Part shown: piece by piece, positions 44,527 to 53,169 of the stretch
How positions within the stretch are numbered: the stretch's first letter is position 1
How the letters are laid out: every line of letters begins with the position of its first letter
Source: Solirubrobacterales bacterium
GTDB lineage: Bacteria; Actinomycetota; Thermoleophilia; Solirubrobacterales; 70-9
NCBI GenBank assembly: GCA_035264885.1
Contig: DATFPK010000019.1
Coordinates: forward strand, 2,885-66,884
Length of the DNA stretch: 64,000 nucleotides
Reading direction: 5' to 3'
Notes under the pieces: model-generated
What the model saw: the letters and a program-made list of their open reading frames with translations, nothing else
Told to the model about the DNA's origin: nothing
Database searches by the model: none
Program-made: the position numbers and the translations under genes

Positions 44527-45372
44527 TCAGATCTCCGCGAGCGCCGCCACCAGGTCCTCCGATAGCTGGCCTGAGCAGATCGGTTCCGCCCAGCCGGTCA
44601 GATGCACCTCGAGGTCGTCCGCGACCTCCACCTCGAGCTCGCCGCCGTCGAGGCGCACGGCGACGGGGCTGCTCGAGCCCATGAGGACGGCCGCTACCGC
44701 GGCCCCGCAGGCGCCGGTTCCCGATGACAGCGTCTCCCCCACCCCCCGCTCGAAGATCCGCGCCCGCACGGCGCCGCCGTCGATCGCGATGAACGAGACG
44801 TTCGTCCGGTTGGGAAACAGCTCGGAGCGCTCGATCTCGGGGCCGATCGAGGCGAGGTCGAGCGCCTCGACCTCCTCCCCCGCCTCGATCACGCACTGGG
44901 GATTGCCGATCGAGACGTGCTGGAAGCGCCACTCGCGCCCGCCGGCGGTGAGCGTGCCGGTCCCATCCCTCCCGCCGCTCGGGTAGTCCTTCGAGCTGGT
45001 CGACGCGCGACCCATCGCCACCCGCGCCCTGCGGTCGTCGACGATCTCCGGCGTGACCGCGCCGGCCATGCTCCCGATCGAGAAGCGCGGTCCCGGAGTC
45101 CAGCCATGGCGGTGCAGGTACATCGCCGCCTCCCGCACGCCGTTCCCCGACAGCTCCGCCTCCGAGCCGTCGGGGTTGAAGATCCGCAGGTCGGCGACCA
45201 GGTCGCGGTCCTCGCTCGGCGAGAGCAGGAGGATGCCGTCGGAGCCGATCCCGAAGTGGCGGTCGCAGATGCGCCTGACGCGCTCCGGCGTCAGATCCCA
45301 GGGGAGGCTCGGCGCCCCGAGGATCACGTAGTCGTTGCCGAGCGCCGTCCACTTCTCGAAGGCGAGGCTCAT
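44527..45372 (-). CDS. dapF: diaminopimelate epimerase homologue (both catalytic Cys positions are Ser)
   Basis: LGNDYVIL, FNPDGSEAELSGNG, GNPQCV, ERGVGETLSSGTGAC. ATGA overlap with miaA. Conserved miaA-dapF synteny. Confidence 0.9.
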   Translation of the reverse strand: MSLAFEKWTALGNDYVILGAPSLPWDLTPERVRRICDRHFGIGSDGILLLSPSEDRDLVADLRIFNPDGSEAELSGNGVREAAMYLHRHGWTPGPRFSIGSMAGAVTPEIVDDRRARVAMGRASTSSKDYPSGGRDGTGTLTAGGREWRFQHVSIGNPQCVIEAGEEVEALDLASIGPEIERSELFPNRTNVSFIAIDGGAVRARIFERGVGETLSSGTGACGAAVAAVLMGSSSPVAVRLDGGELEVEVADDLEVHLTGWAEPICSGQLSEDLVAALAEI

Positions 45373-46262
45373 CGCGGCGCCAGTATCCCAGCGATCTCGG
45401 CCGCGACCTCGGCGTCGCCGCGGTCGCCGCGGTCGACGATCTCGACCCTCGGCATCCGCCGCATCCAGGTGAGCTGGCGGCGCGCGTAGCGCCGATGGAC
45501 CGCCTTGACCGCTTCGAGGTCGGCGGCGAGCATCTCGTCGAATCCCAGGGCGGCCCGGGCGGTGCGGGAGATCCCGCGGCGGTCCGCCTCCCGAGCCTGC
45601 TCGACGGCCCCGGCCACGGCCATCGCCTCGACCCGGGCGGCGATCCGCCGGTCGAGCAGCTCGCGGTCGGCGACGAGGCCGAACAGCCGGCTCGGTCGCC
45701 GTGGCGATGCGGTCCAGAGCCGATCGCCACTCGGGGCCGGTTCGATCCCTGCCCGGCGGAGCTCGGTCCAGCGGGCGATCCGCTTGCGGTCGTTGGGGTG
45801 GACGGCGGCGGACAGCTCCGAGGGCAGCTCGGCGTGGAGGGCATCGGGGCCGCGGGCGGCGATCTCGGCCTCCACCTCGTCGCGGACCTCCGCCGGGACC
45901 GCCGGGCGCAGGTCGAGGTCGGCCAGCGCCGCCCGCAGGTAGAGGCCGGTGCCGCCGACCACGATCGGGCGGCGCCCGGCACCGAGCAGGTCGTCGATCT
46001 CGGCGTGCGCCAGCGCAGCGAAGCGCCCCACGCTGAACTCCTCGGACGGGTCGAGGAAACCGACCAGGCGGTGCTCGAGGCGGCGCCGCTCGTCCGCGCT
46101 CGCGGCGCCGCTGACGATCTCGAGGCCGCGATAGACCTGGATCGCGTCGCAGGAGACCGCCACCGGCTCCTCCCCCCTTCGGCGCAGGTCCTCGGCGAGC
46201 GCGACCGCGACGCCGGTCTTCCCGGCCGCGGTCGGGCCGAAGATCGCGACCAGCTCCGGCAC
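45369..46262 (-). CDS. miaA: tRNA dimethylallyltransferase
   Basis: P-loop GPTAAGKTG. 297 aa. Confidence 0.95.
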   Translation of the reverse strand: MPELVAIFGPTAAGKTGVAVALAEDLRRRGEEPVAVSCDAIQVYRGLEIVSGAASADERRRLEHRLVGFLDPSEEFSVGRFAALAHAEIDDLLGAGRRPIVVGGTGLYLRAALADLDLRPAVPAEVRDEVEAEIAARGPDALHAELPSELSAAVHPNDRKRIARWTELRRAGIEPAPSGDRLWTASPRRPSRLFGLVADRELLDRRIAARVEAMAVAGAVEQAREADRRGISRTARAALGFDEMLAADLEAVKAVHRRYARRQLTWMRRMPRVEIVDRGDRGDAEVAAEIAGILAPR

Positions 46263-46266
46263 GGCG

Positions 46267-47583
46267 TCAGCCGGCGCGACTGAGGATGCGCTCGCTGCCG
46301 GTCAGGGTCGTCGAGGACGCCTCGAGGACTTCGACGTCGACCAGCTCGCCCGGAGCCGCGGTGCCCTCGAAGTTGGCGGCCTTGTTGTGGCGGACCCTGC
46401 CCCGCAGGCGGGTCGGGTCGGTCCGGCTCGGCCCCTCGACGAGCACCTCCATCGTGCGCCCGACGAAGCGTTGCGCCCGCTCCCGGGCGCGGCGCTGGAC
46501 CAGGTCGACCAGCCGGTCGAGCCGTTCGACCTTCTCGCGGTGCGGCAGCTGACCGTCCATCTCGGCCGCTTCGGTGCCGCGGCGCGGGGAGAAGAGGAAG
46601 GTGAAGGCGCCGTCGAACCCGACCTCGTCCACCACCTCGAGCGTCTGCTCGAAGTCGACCGCGGTCTCGCCCGGGAACCCGACGATGATGTCGGTGGTGA
46701 CCGCGCAGTCGGGCACCGTCTCCCTGATCAGCGCGACCCGCTGCATGTAGCGCTCGCGGTTGTAGGTCCTGCGCATCCGCTTCAGGACCGCGCTCGAGCC
46801 CGACTGCAGCGGGAGATGGATGTGCTCGCAGAGGGCGGGCAGCTCGGCGTGGGCCCGGATCACGTCCTCGCGCATGTCCTTCGGGTGTGGGCTCGTGTAG
46901 CGGATCCGGTCGATGCCCTCGACCGCGTCGATGCGTGCCAGCAGCTCGGCGAAGCTGATCCGACGCTCCTTCGGCAGGTCACGCCCGTAGCTGTTGACGT
47001 TCTGGCCGAGGAGCGTCAGCTCGCGGACGCCGTCCGCGGCCAGGCCCTGGGCCTCGCGCACGAGCTCGGATGGCTCGCGGCTGACCTCGCGGCCCCGCGT
47101 CGACGGCACGATGCAGTAGGAGCAGACGCAGTTGCACCCCTGCGAGATCTGAAGCCAGCCTTGGAATTCGCGTTCGCGCTTCGACGGCAGGTGCCCCGAG
47201 ACGTCCTCGAACTCGAAGTACCCCTGCGCGGTCAGCGAGTCCGCGGTGAGGAACTCGGCCAGCTTGTGGATCTGGCCGGGGCCGAATGCCACGTCGACGA
47301 ACGGGAAGCGGTCGAAGACCTCGTGCTTGACCGACTGCGCCCAGCAGCCGCCCACACCGACCACCCGGGACGGATTCTCGGTCTTCAGGCGCTTCGCCTC
47401 GCCGAGGTGCGCGACGAAGCGGTTGTCGGCCGACTCCCGGATCGAGCAGGTGTTGAAGAGGATGAGGTCGGCGTCGGCGCGGCTCTCGGCCTCCGCGTAG
47501 CCCAGCGACTCGAGCATCCCGCGCATGCGCTCGGAGTCGTGCACGTTCATCTGGCACCCGAAGGTGGTGACGTGGTACTTCAC
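46267..47583 (-). CDS. miaB: tRNA (N6-isopentenyl-A37) methylthiotransferase
   Basis: N-terminal UPF0004 TFGCQMN, radical-SAM CNCVCSYC, TRAM domain. Confidence 0.95.
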   Translation of the reverse strand: MKYHVTTFGCQMNVHDSERMRGMLESLGYAEAESRADADLILFNTCSIRESADNRFVAHLGEAKRLKTENPSRVVGVGGCWAQSVKHEVFDRFPFVDVAFGPGQIHKLAEFLTADSLTAQGYFEFEDVSGHLPSKREREFQGWLQISQGCNCVCSYCIVPSTRGREVSREPSELVREAQGLAADGVRELTLLGQNVNSYGRDLPKERRISFAELLARIDAVEGIDRIRYTSPHPKDMREDVIRAHAELPALCEHIHLPLQSGSSAVLKRMRRTYNRERYMQRVALIRETVPDCAVTTDIIVGFPGETAVDFEQTLEVVDEVGFDGAFTFLFSPRRGTEAAEMDGQLPHREKVERLDRLVDLVQRRARERAQRFVGRTMEVLVEGPSRTDPTRLRGRVRHNKAANFEGTAAPGELVDVEVLEASSTTLTGSERILSRAG

Positions 47584-47620
47584 CGCGCCCAGGATAGAAC
47601 GCGCCGCCGGGGCCAGAGCC

Positions 47621-48238
47621 CTAGCCGACCTGGAGAATGCCCCTCATCCCAGCCTCGGCGTGGCCCGGCACCGTGCAGAGGAACTCGTAGCGGCCGGCTT
47701 TCAGGTCAGCCGTGACGGATGTGCCGGACTGGGTCACCGTCTCGGACTCCGCAAGCGGCTTGCCGCCCTGCTGGACCGCCACGTTGTGGGGAACGATGGC
47801 GGGGTTGTCGAACTCGATCGTGACCGCGCCCGGATTCGCCTGGAGCGTGGTCTCGTCGAATGCGAGGTCGGTCTCGTCGGCGGCGAGCTCGAGGGTGGTC
47901 GTGGCGGCAGCGCCCGCTCCGCCACCGCCGCCCGCGGCCTCGCCTCCCCCGGCCTGCGCCGCGGAGGCTCCGGGCTCGGCCTGGGCGGTCTCCTCGGTGG
48001 CCGCCGCCTCCTCGGCGTGCTCGGCCTCCTCGGCCTCTCGATGGGCCTGCTCGTCGCGCGCGCTCGCCACCGCGAACGCCGCAGTGCCGGCCACCAGCAG
48101 GGCGAAAAGCGCGATCACCGCCGACATCAGGGCTTTCGAGGGCGGGAAGCTCTCGCGCCGCAGCCCGAGGAAGCTGATCACCAGGGCAACGGCCGCGAGG
48201 GTCCCGCCGAGGATGTAGAAGATCGTGTCGGTGTCCAT
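47621..48238 (-). CDS. membrane-anchored cupredoxin (plastocyanin/azurin-like)
   Basis: N-terminal TM helix. Type-1 Cu ligands VPHNV ... FLCTVPGHAEAGM. Confidence 0.8.
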   Translation of the reverse strand: MDTDTIFYILGGTLAAVALVISFLGLRRESFPPSKALMSAVIALFALLVAGTAAFAVASARDEQAHREAEEAEHAEEAAATEETAQAEPGASAAQAGGGEAAGGGGGAGAAATTTLELAADETDLAFDETTLQANPGAVTIEFDNPAIVPHNVAVQQGGKPLAESETVTQSGTSVTADLKAGRYEFLCTVPGHAEAGMRGILQVG

Positions 48239-48251
48239 GCGGGGCGGGATC

Positions 48252-49799
48252 CTACTTCGCGTAGGTCGTGGCGCGGCTCTCCCGGATCACCGTGATCTTG
48301 ATCCGCCCGGGGTAGTCCATCTCGCGCTCTACGGCGGTGGCGATCTCGTGTGAGATCAGCGCCGCGGACTCGTCGTCGATCTCCCCGGGGTCCACCATCA
48401 CGCGGATCTCACGACCGGCCTGCATCGCATAGACCTTCTCGACGCCGGCATGTCGCTGGGCGATCTCCTCGAGGTCGCGGAGGCGGGAGACGTATTGCTC
48501 CAGGGACTCGCCGCGGGCCCCCGGCCGGGCCCCGGAGAGGGCGTCGGCGGCCTGCACGATGACCGCCTCGACGGTGCGGGGCTCGACCTCGTTGTGGTGG
48601 GACTCGATCGCGTGGGCGACCGCTTCGGGCTCTTCGTAGCGGCGGGCCAGCCGGGCGCCGACGATCGCGTGGGTGCCCTCGACGTCGTGGCTGACCGCCT
48701 TCCCGATGTCGTGGAGAAGCGCGCCGCGACGCGCCACCTCCGGCGAGGCGCCGAGCTCGGCGGCCATCAGGCCGGCGAGGTGGGAGCACTCCACCAGATG
48801 GTCGAGGACGTTCTGCCCGTAGCTGGTCCGGAACTTGAGCCTCCCCAGCAGGCGGACGAGCTCCGGATGGACGCCCGTGATCCGCGCCTCCAGCAGCGCC
48901 CGCTCTGCCTCTTCGACGATCCGGTCCTCCATCTCCCCCTTGGCCTGTTCGTAGGCCTCCTCGCAGCGCGCCGGGTGGATGCGGCCGTCCTCGATCAGCT
49001 TCTCGAGGGTGAGGCGGGCGATCTCACGGCGGACCCCGTCGAAGCTCGCGAGCAGGACAGCACACGGCGTCTCGTCGATGATGAAGTCGACCCCCGTCAG
49101 GTTCTCGAGGGCCCGGATGTTGCGGCCCTCGCGCCCGATGATCCGGCCCTTCATCTCGTCGTTCGGGAGCTGGACGAGCCTGGTGGTGGTCTGGCCCGCC
49201 TGGGTCGCAGCCAGGCGTTGCATGGCGACGGCAAGGATGCCGCGGGCCCGCCGCTCGGCTTCCAGCCGGGTCTCCTCCTCGATCCGCTGCAGGGTGAGGC
49301 CGGCCTGCTGGCGGGCCTCGTCCTCGACCTCCTTGAGCAGGACGTGGCGCGCCTGGGCGGCGCTGAGGCCGGCGATCTTCTCGAGCTCGCGGCGGTGGCG
49401 GCGCTTGATCTGGCGCATCTCCTCGGCCTGGTTGTCCAGGTTGCGCTCGCGGTCGTCGAGCGACGTCCGGCGTCGCTCGAGCTCGCGTAGCTGCGTCTCG
49501 ACCGACTCCATCTGGCGCAACGCCCTCTCCTCCATCCGGACGATCTCCTCGCGCCGCGCGCGGAGCTCGGCATGGACTTCGGCCTCGCCCCTCCCGTCCG
49601 CCTCGGGCGGCGGCTCGCCGGCAGGCGCCTCGGGCGCGGCACGGTTCGCCCCCTCGCCGGAGACAGGCGGCTGCGCGGGACTCGCCACGGGGGAGATCGG
49701 AGGCGGCGGGGGCGCAGGGGAAGTCCCGTCCCGCTCCGGCTCGGCGGCCACGCTCTCCTCACGTAGCCGAACCCACGGCGGCAGCCAAGTCCGGATCAT
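48252..49799 (-). CDS. rny: ribonuclease Y
   Basis: KH domain GRIIGREGRNIR, HD domain LLHDIGKA. SD GGAGAGGAAA before ATG 49799. Confidence 0.95.
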   Translation of the reverse strand: MIRTWLPPWVRLREESVAAEPERDGTSPAPPPPPISPVASPAQPPVSGEGANRAAPEAPAGEPPPEADGRGEAEVHAELRARREEIVRMEERALRQMESVETQLRELERRRTSLDDRERNLDNQAEEMRQIKRRHRRELEKIAGLSAAQARHVLLKEVEDEARQQAGLTLQRIEEETRLEAERRARGILAVAMQRLAATQAGQTTTRLVQLPNDEMKGRIIGREGRNIRALENLTGVDFIIDETPCAVLLASFDGVRREIARLTLEKLIEDGRIHPARCEEAYEQAKGEMEDRIVEEAERALLEARITGVHPELVRLLGRLKFRTSYGQNVLDHLVECSHLAGLMAAELGASPEVARRGALLHDIGKAVSHDVEGTHAIVGARLARRYEEPEAVAHAIESHHNEVEPRTVEAVIVQAADALSGARPGARGESLEQYVSRLRDLEEIAQRHAGVEKVYAMQAGREIRVMVDPGEIDDESAALISHEIATAVEREMDYPGRIKITVIRESRATTYAK

Positions 49800-49934
49800 C
49801 GTTTCCTCTCCCGGCCCGGACCCCGGATCCGGCAGGTGGCGGGCCGCAGTCTCAGCGCCGCCCGAGAGCGGCGGTCAAGTTTCTGGTTGAGAGGCGGCGA
49901 ACCGCCTCGTCACAAGGGTAGTACCGCTTCCCGC

Positions 49935-50396
49935 TCAGGCCAAATCCGGGCGGTCGCCTGCACGGCGGATCGCCTCGTAGGCGAGGTCGGGGCCGAACCC
50001 GCGCCGGACCAGGAAGCCGAAAGCCTTGCCCCGTCCGGCCTCGTCGCCCAGGTCGGGCGCGCGTTCGGCCAGGACCGCGAGCGCCCGCTCGAGCTCGTCC
50101 CCCTCCGCCGCCAGCGCCGTCTCGGCGTCGTCGCTGGAGATGCCCCGCTTCAGCAGCGCGTCGCGGATGCGCTCGCTGCCCCAGCCCGCAATCTCACGCT
50201 TGTCCTCGGCGAACCGAGCCGCGAACCGCTCGTCGTCGAGGACGCCGATCTCGACCAGGTAGTTGAGGACGCTCTCCGCGTCCTCCCCCGCCACCCCGCG
50301 CTCCCGCAGCCACTCGACGAGCTCCGCGACGCTGCGCTCCTTGTGAGCGAGCGCGCGCAGGGCCAGCGCCAGCGGGTCCCCGGCTGAGGACTCCAC
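49935..50396 (-). CDS. recX: recombination regulator RecX
   Basis: GTG 50396, 10 nt after the recA stop. RecX repeats [15 protein letters not shown]...DDERFA. Confidence 0.85.
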   Translation of the reverse strand: MESSAGDPLALALRALAHKERSVAELVEWLRERGVAGEDAESVLNYLVEIGVLDDERFAARFAEDKREIAGWGSERIRDALLKRGISSDDAETALAAEGDELERALAVLAERAPDLGDEAGRGKAFGFLVRRGFGPDLAYEAIRRAGDRPDLA

Positions 50397-50406
50397 GGAG
50401 AACCGG

Positions 50407-51522
50407 TCAGGCGGCCTTTTTCGCGGCGGGCTTCTCCTCGGCGACCGCATCGCCTTCGGCCGCCGGCGCGGCTGCCGCCACCGGCGACGACCCCCGGTCG
50501 ACCCCGAGGCTCTCGAGGACCTTGACCTCGATCTCGCCGGCCACATCCGGATGCTCGGCGAGAAAGGCTTTGGCGTTGTTGCGGCCCTGGCCGAGCCGCA
50601 GCTCCCCGTAGGAGAAGAACGAGCCCGACTTCTGGACGAGGTCGTGCTCGATCCCGAGGTCGATCAGGCACCCGTGCTTGGAGATGCCAGCGCCGTACTC
50701 GATGTCGAACTCGGCCTGCTTGAAGGGCGCCGCGACCTTGTTCTTGACGACCTTCACCCGAACCCGGTTGCCGACCGCCTCGGTTCCCTCCTTGAGGGTC
50801 TCGATCCGCCGGATGTCGAGCCGCTGGGAGGAATAGAACTTGAGCGCCCGGCCCCCCGGCTGGGTCTCCGGCGAGCCGAACATCACGCCGATCTTCTCGC
50901 GGATCTGGTTGGTGAAGAGGCAGACCGTGTTCGCCCGGTTCAGGTTGCCGGCCAGCTTGCGCAGCGCCTGCGACATCAGCCGTGCCTGGAGGCCGACCTG
51001 GGTCTCCCCCATCTGGCCCTCGAGCTCGGCCCGCGGGGTGAGCGCGGCGACCGAGTCGATCGCGACCACGTCGACCGCGCCGGAGCGGACGAGCATGTCG
51101 ACGATCTCGAGCGCCTGCTCGCCGTAGTCGGGCTGGGAGACCAGCAGCTCGTCGGTGTCGACGCCGATCCGGCGGGCGTAGGCGGGGTCGATCGCGTGCT
51201 CGGCGTCGACGAAGGCGCAGACGCCGCCAAGGGCCTGCGCCTCGGCGAGGATGTGGTAGATCAGCGTCGTCTTCCCCGAGGACTCGGGACCGAAGATCTC
51301 GACGATCCGGCCGCGCGGCACGCCGCCGACCCCGAGCGCCAGGTCGAGCGAGAGCGCCCCGGTCGGGATCGTCTCCACCTGGACCGCGGCGTCGTCGCCC
51401 AGCCTCATGACCGATCCCTGGCCGAACTGGCGCTCGATCTGGGTCACGGCGGCCTGGAGGGCCGCGTCCTTGGCCTTGGCTTCCTTCGCCGAGGCGTCCT
51501 TCAAGTTCCCTTTATCTGCCAT
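50407..51522 (-). CDS. recA: recombinase RecA
   Basis: GPESSGKTT, full-length RecA, no intein. Confidence 0.98.
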   Translation of the reverse strand: MADKGNLKDASAKEAKAKDAALQAAVTQIERQFGQGSVMRLGDDAAVQVETIPTGALSLDLALGVGGVPRGRIVEIFGPESSGKTTLIYHILAEAQALGGVCAFVDAEHAIDPAYARRIGVDTDELLVSQPDYGEQALEIVDMLVRSGAVDVVAIDSVAALTPRAELEGQMGETQVGLQARLMSQALRKLAGNLNRANTVCLFTNQIREKIGVMFGSPETQPGGRALKFYSSQRLDIRRIETLKEGTEAVGNRVRVKVVKNKVAAPFKQAEFDIEYGAGISKHGCLIDLGIEHDLVQKSGSFFSYGELRLGQGRNNAKAFLAEHPDVAGEIEVKVLESLGVDRGSSPVAAAAPAAEGDAVAEEKPAAKKAA

Positions 51523-51536
51523 CTCTTGTCTTCACC

Positions 51537-52151
51537 TCACCGCCGCCCCTGGCCTTCGCCATCGGGCAGCTCGACTTGCGCCAACGGGGTGTACTCCGCG
51601 CCCGCCGGCCGGAGGGCCGAACGGTAGAGAGTGATCCGGACGGCACCGAACGGCTCGCGCAGCTCCGACGGCAGGGGGCCCGGCGACCTCTCGACCGGCC
51701 TGTATCGGCCCTTCCGGGCCTTGTCCTTGCGGACCCGGGCGACCGTCACGTGGGGCCAGAACGGCCGCTTCTCGGGCTGATGGAGACGCGCTTCGGCCAG
51801 CTCTCGCGCCAGCTCGGCCTGGAGCGGAAGGGCCGCCGGCGCGTCGGCCGCCAGCGCGAAGAGGCGCTTCTCCCGCCCCTTGGAGGGAATCGGCACAGGA
51901 TCCGCGAGGGCGACCCGGACCGGGTGGCGGGGCAGCGTCGTGAGGACCTCGGCGACCGCCGGGATGTCCCGGTCGCGCGTCCAGCCGAGGAAGACCAGCG
52001 TCACGTGGAGCGCCTCCGGCGCGACCGGCCGCAAGGCCGGGTCGGTGACCTCGCCGGCCTGCCAGGCGGCGAGGCCGCCGACCACTGTCCCGGGCAGGTC
52101 GAGCGCGCAGAACAGCCGCGATCGCGGGCTCTTCAGGCGCTCCTTCGGCAC
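51537..52151 (-). CDS. thpR: RNA 2',3'-cyclic phosphodiesterase (2H family, ThpR/LigT)
   Basis: Two HxTx motifs (LHVTLVFLG and PHVTVARV). Confidence 0.85.
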   Translation of the reverse strand: MPKERLKSPRSRLFCALDLPGTVVGGLAAWQAGEVTDPALRPVAPEALHVTLVFLGWTRDRDIPAVAEVLTTLPRHPVRVALADPVPIPSKGREKRLFALAADAPAALPLQAELARELAEARLHQPEKRPFWPHVTVARVRKDKARKGRYRPVERSPGPLPSELREPFGAVRITLYRSALRPAGAEYTPLAQVELPDGEGQGRR

Positions 52152-52228
52152 CGCGCCAACCTAGGCGCCCGTACCGACCAGCGCAACGCCCGCCGGTCAA
52201 GAAACGGTCCCGCCCTACACTCGGGACA

Positions 52229-53107
52229 GTGACGGCCGCCGGATCGACAGGGGCACCGCCGGAGATCGAGGGCGCCGAGCACCGCTACGCGGACCTCGGC
52301 GGGGTCAGGGTCCACTACGCGGAGGCCGGCGAGGGCGACCCTGTCCTCGTCCTGCACGGCTGGCCCCAGCACCATTACATGTGGCGCGAGGTGATCGCCC
52401 GCCTGCGTCACCGCCACCGGCTGATCGCGCCCGACCTGCGCGGCTTCGGCTGGAGCGACGCCCCGGGCCGCGGCTATGACTGCGAGACGTTCGCCGAGGA
52501 CCAGATCTCCCTGCTCGACGAACTCGGGATCGACCGGGCGAACGTGATCGGCCACGACTGGGGTGGCTGGACGCTCTGGATCCTGGTCCTCCGCCACCCG
52601 GAGCGGTTCCGCCGCGCGATCCCCCTCAACATCCCCCACCCGTGGCCGCAGATCGGCCTCCGCACGATCCTCGACCAGAGCTGGCGCGGCTGGTACGCGG
52701 CCCTCAACGCCGCGCCGGCGGTGGGACCGCTCGCGATGCGAGCGGCGGGCCACGCCGTGGGGTTCCTCCAGCGCGCGAACACCGGCCATCCGTTCACCGA
52801 TCAGGAGGTCGAGCTCTACGCCAGCCAGTTCCGCGACCCGGCTCGGGCGGGCGCCGCCGCCAGCCTCTACCGCTACTACTTCCGCACCATGCTCGGGGGC
52901 GGCGGGCTCGCGAAGGAGCATCTGACCGTCCCGACCCGGCTGCTCTTCGGCACCGGCGACGTCGCGATCTCCACGCGCCTCGTCCGCGACGGCTGGCAGG
53001 GGCACGCCGACGACATGGAGGTCGAGCTCGTCGACGATTCCGGCCATTTCATCGTCAACGAGAAGCCCGACCTCGTCGCTCAGCGGGCACTCGAGTTCTT
53101 CGCCTAG
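52229..53107 (+). CDS. alpha/beta hydrolase (epoxide-hydrolase / haloalkane-dehalogenase-like)
   Basis: LHGWPQHHYMW, GHDWGG. Confidence 0.9.
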   Translation: MTAAGSTGAPPEIEGAEHRYADLGGVRVHYAEAGEGDPVLVLHGWPQHHYMWREVIARLRHRHRLIAPDLRGFGWSDAPGRGYDCETFAEDQISLLDELGIDRANVIGHDWGGWTLWILVLRHPERFRRAIPLNIPHPWPQIGLRTILDQSWRGWYAALNAAPAVGPLAMRAAGHAVGFLQRANTGHPFTDQEVELYASQFRDPARAGAAASLYRYYFRTMLGGGGLAKEHLTVPTRLLFGTGDVAISTRLVRDGWQGHADDMEVELVDDSGHFIVNEKPDLVAQRALEFFA

Positions 53108-53169
53108 AGCGACCTTGGGCCCGAAACCGCGGAATACGCAGGGGAACGGGAGCGGCGTCAGCCCCCGAC

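Noticed and set aside
51523-51700. Expected SOS box upstream of recA; I also checked 52152..52228 and the dinB upstream region 16710..16742
   Set aside because: No GAAC-N4-GTTC or TCGAAC-N4-GTTCGA is present. The nearest look-alikes have the wrong spacing, for example GAAC-N5-GTTC inside dapF near 44790.
52152-52228. Mycobacterial RecA-NDp/PafBC-type motif (TGTC...-N8-TANNNT) upstream of the thpR-recA operon
   Set aside because: A TGTC is present (CACTGTCCCGAGTGTAGGG on the minus strand), but its spacing to a TANNNT box does not fit the consensus as I recall it.
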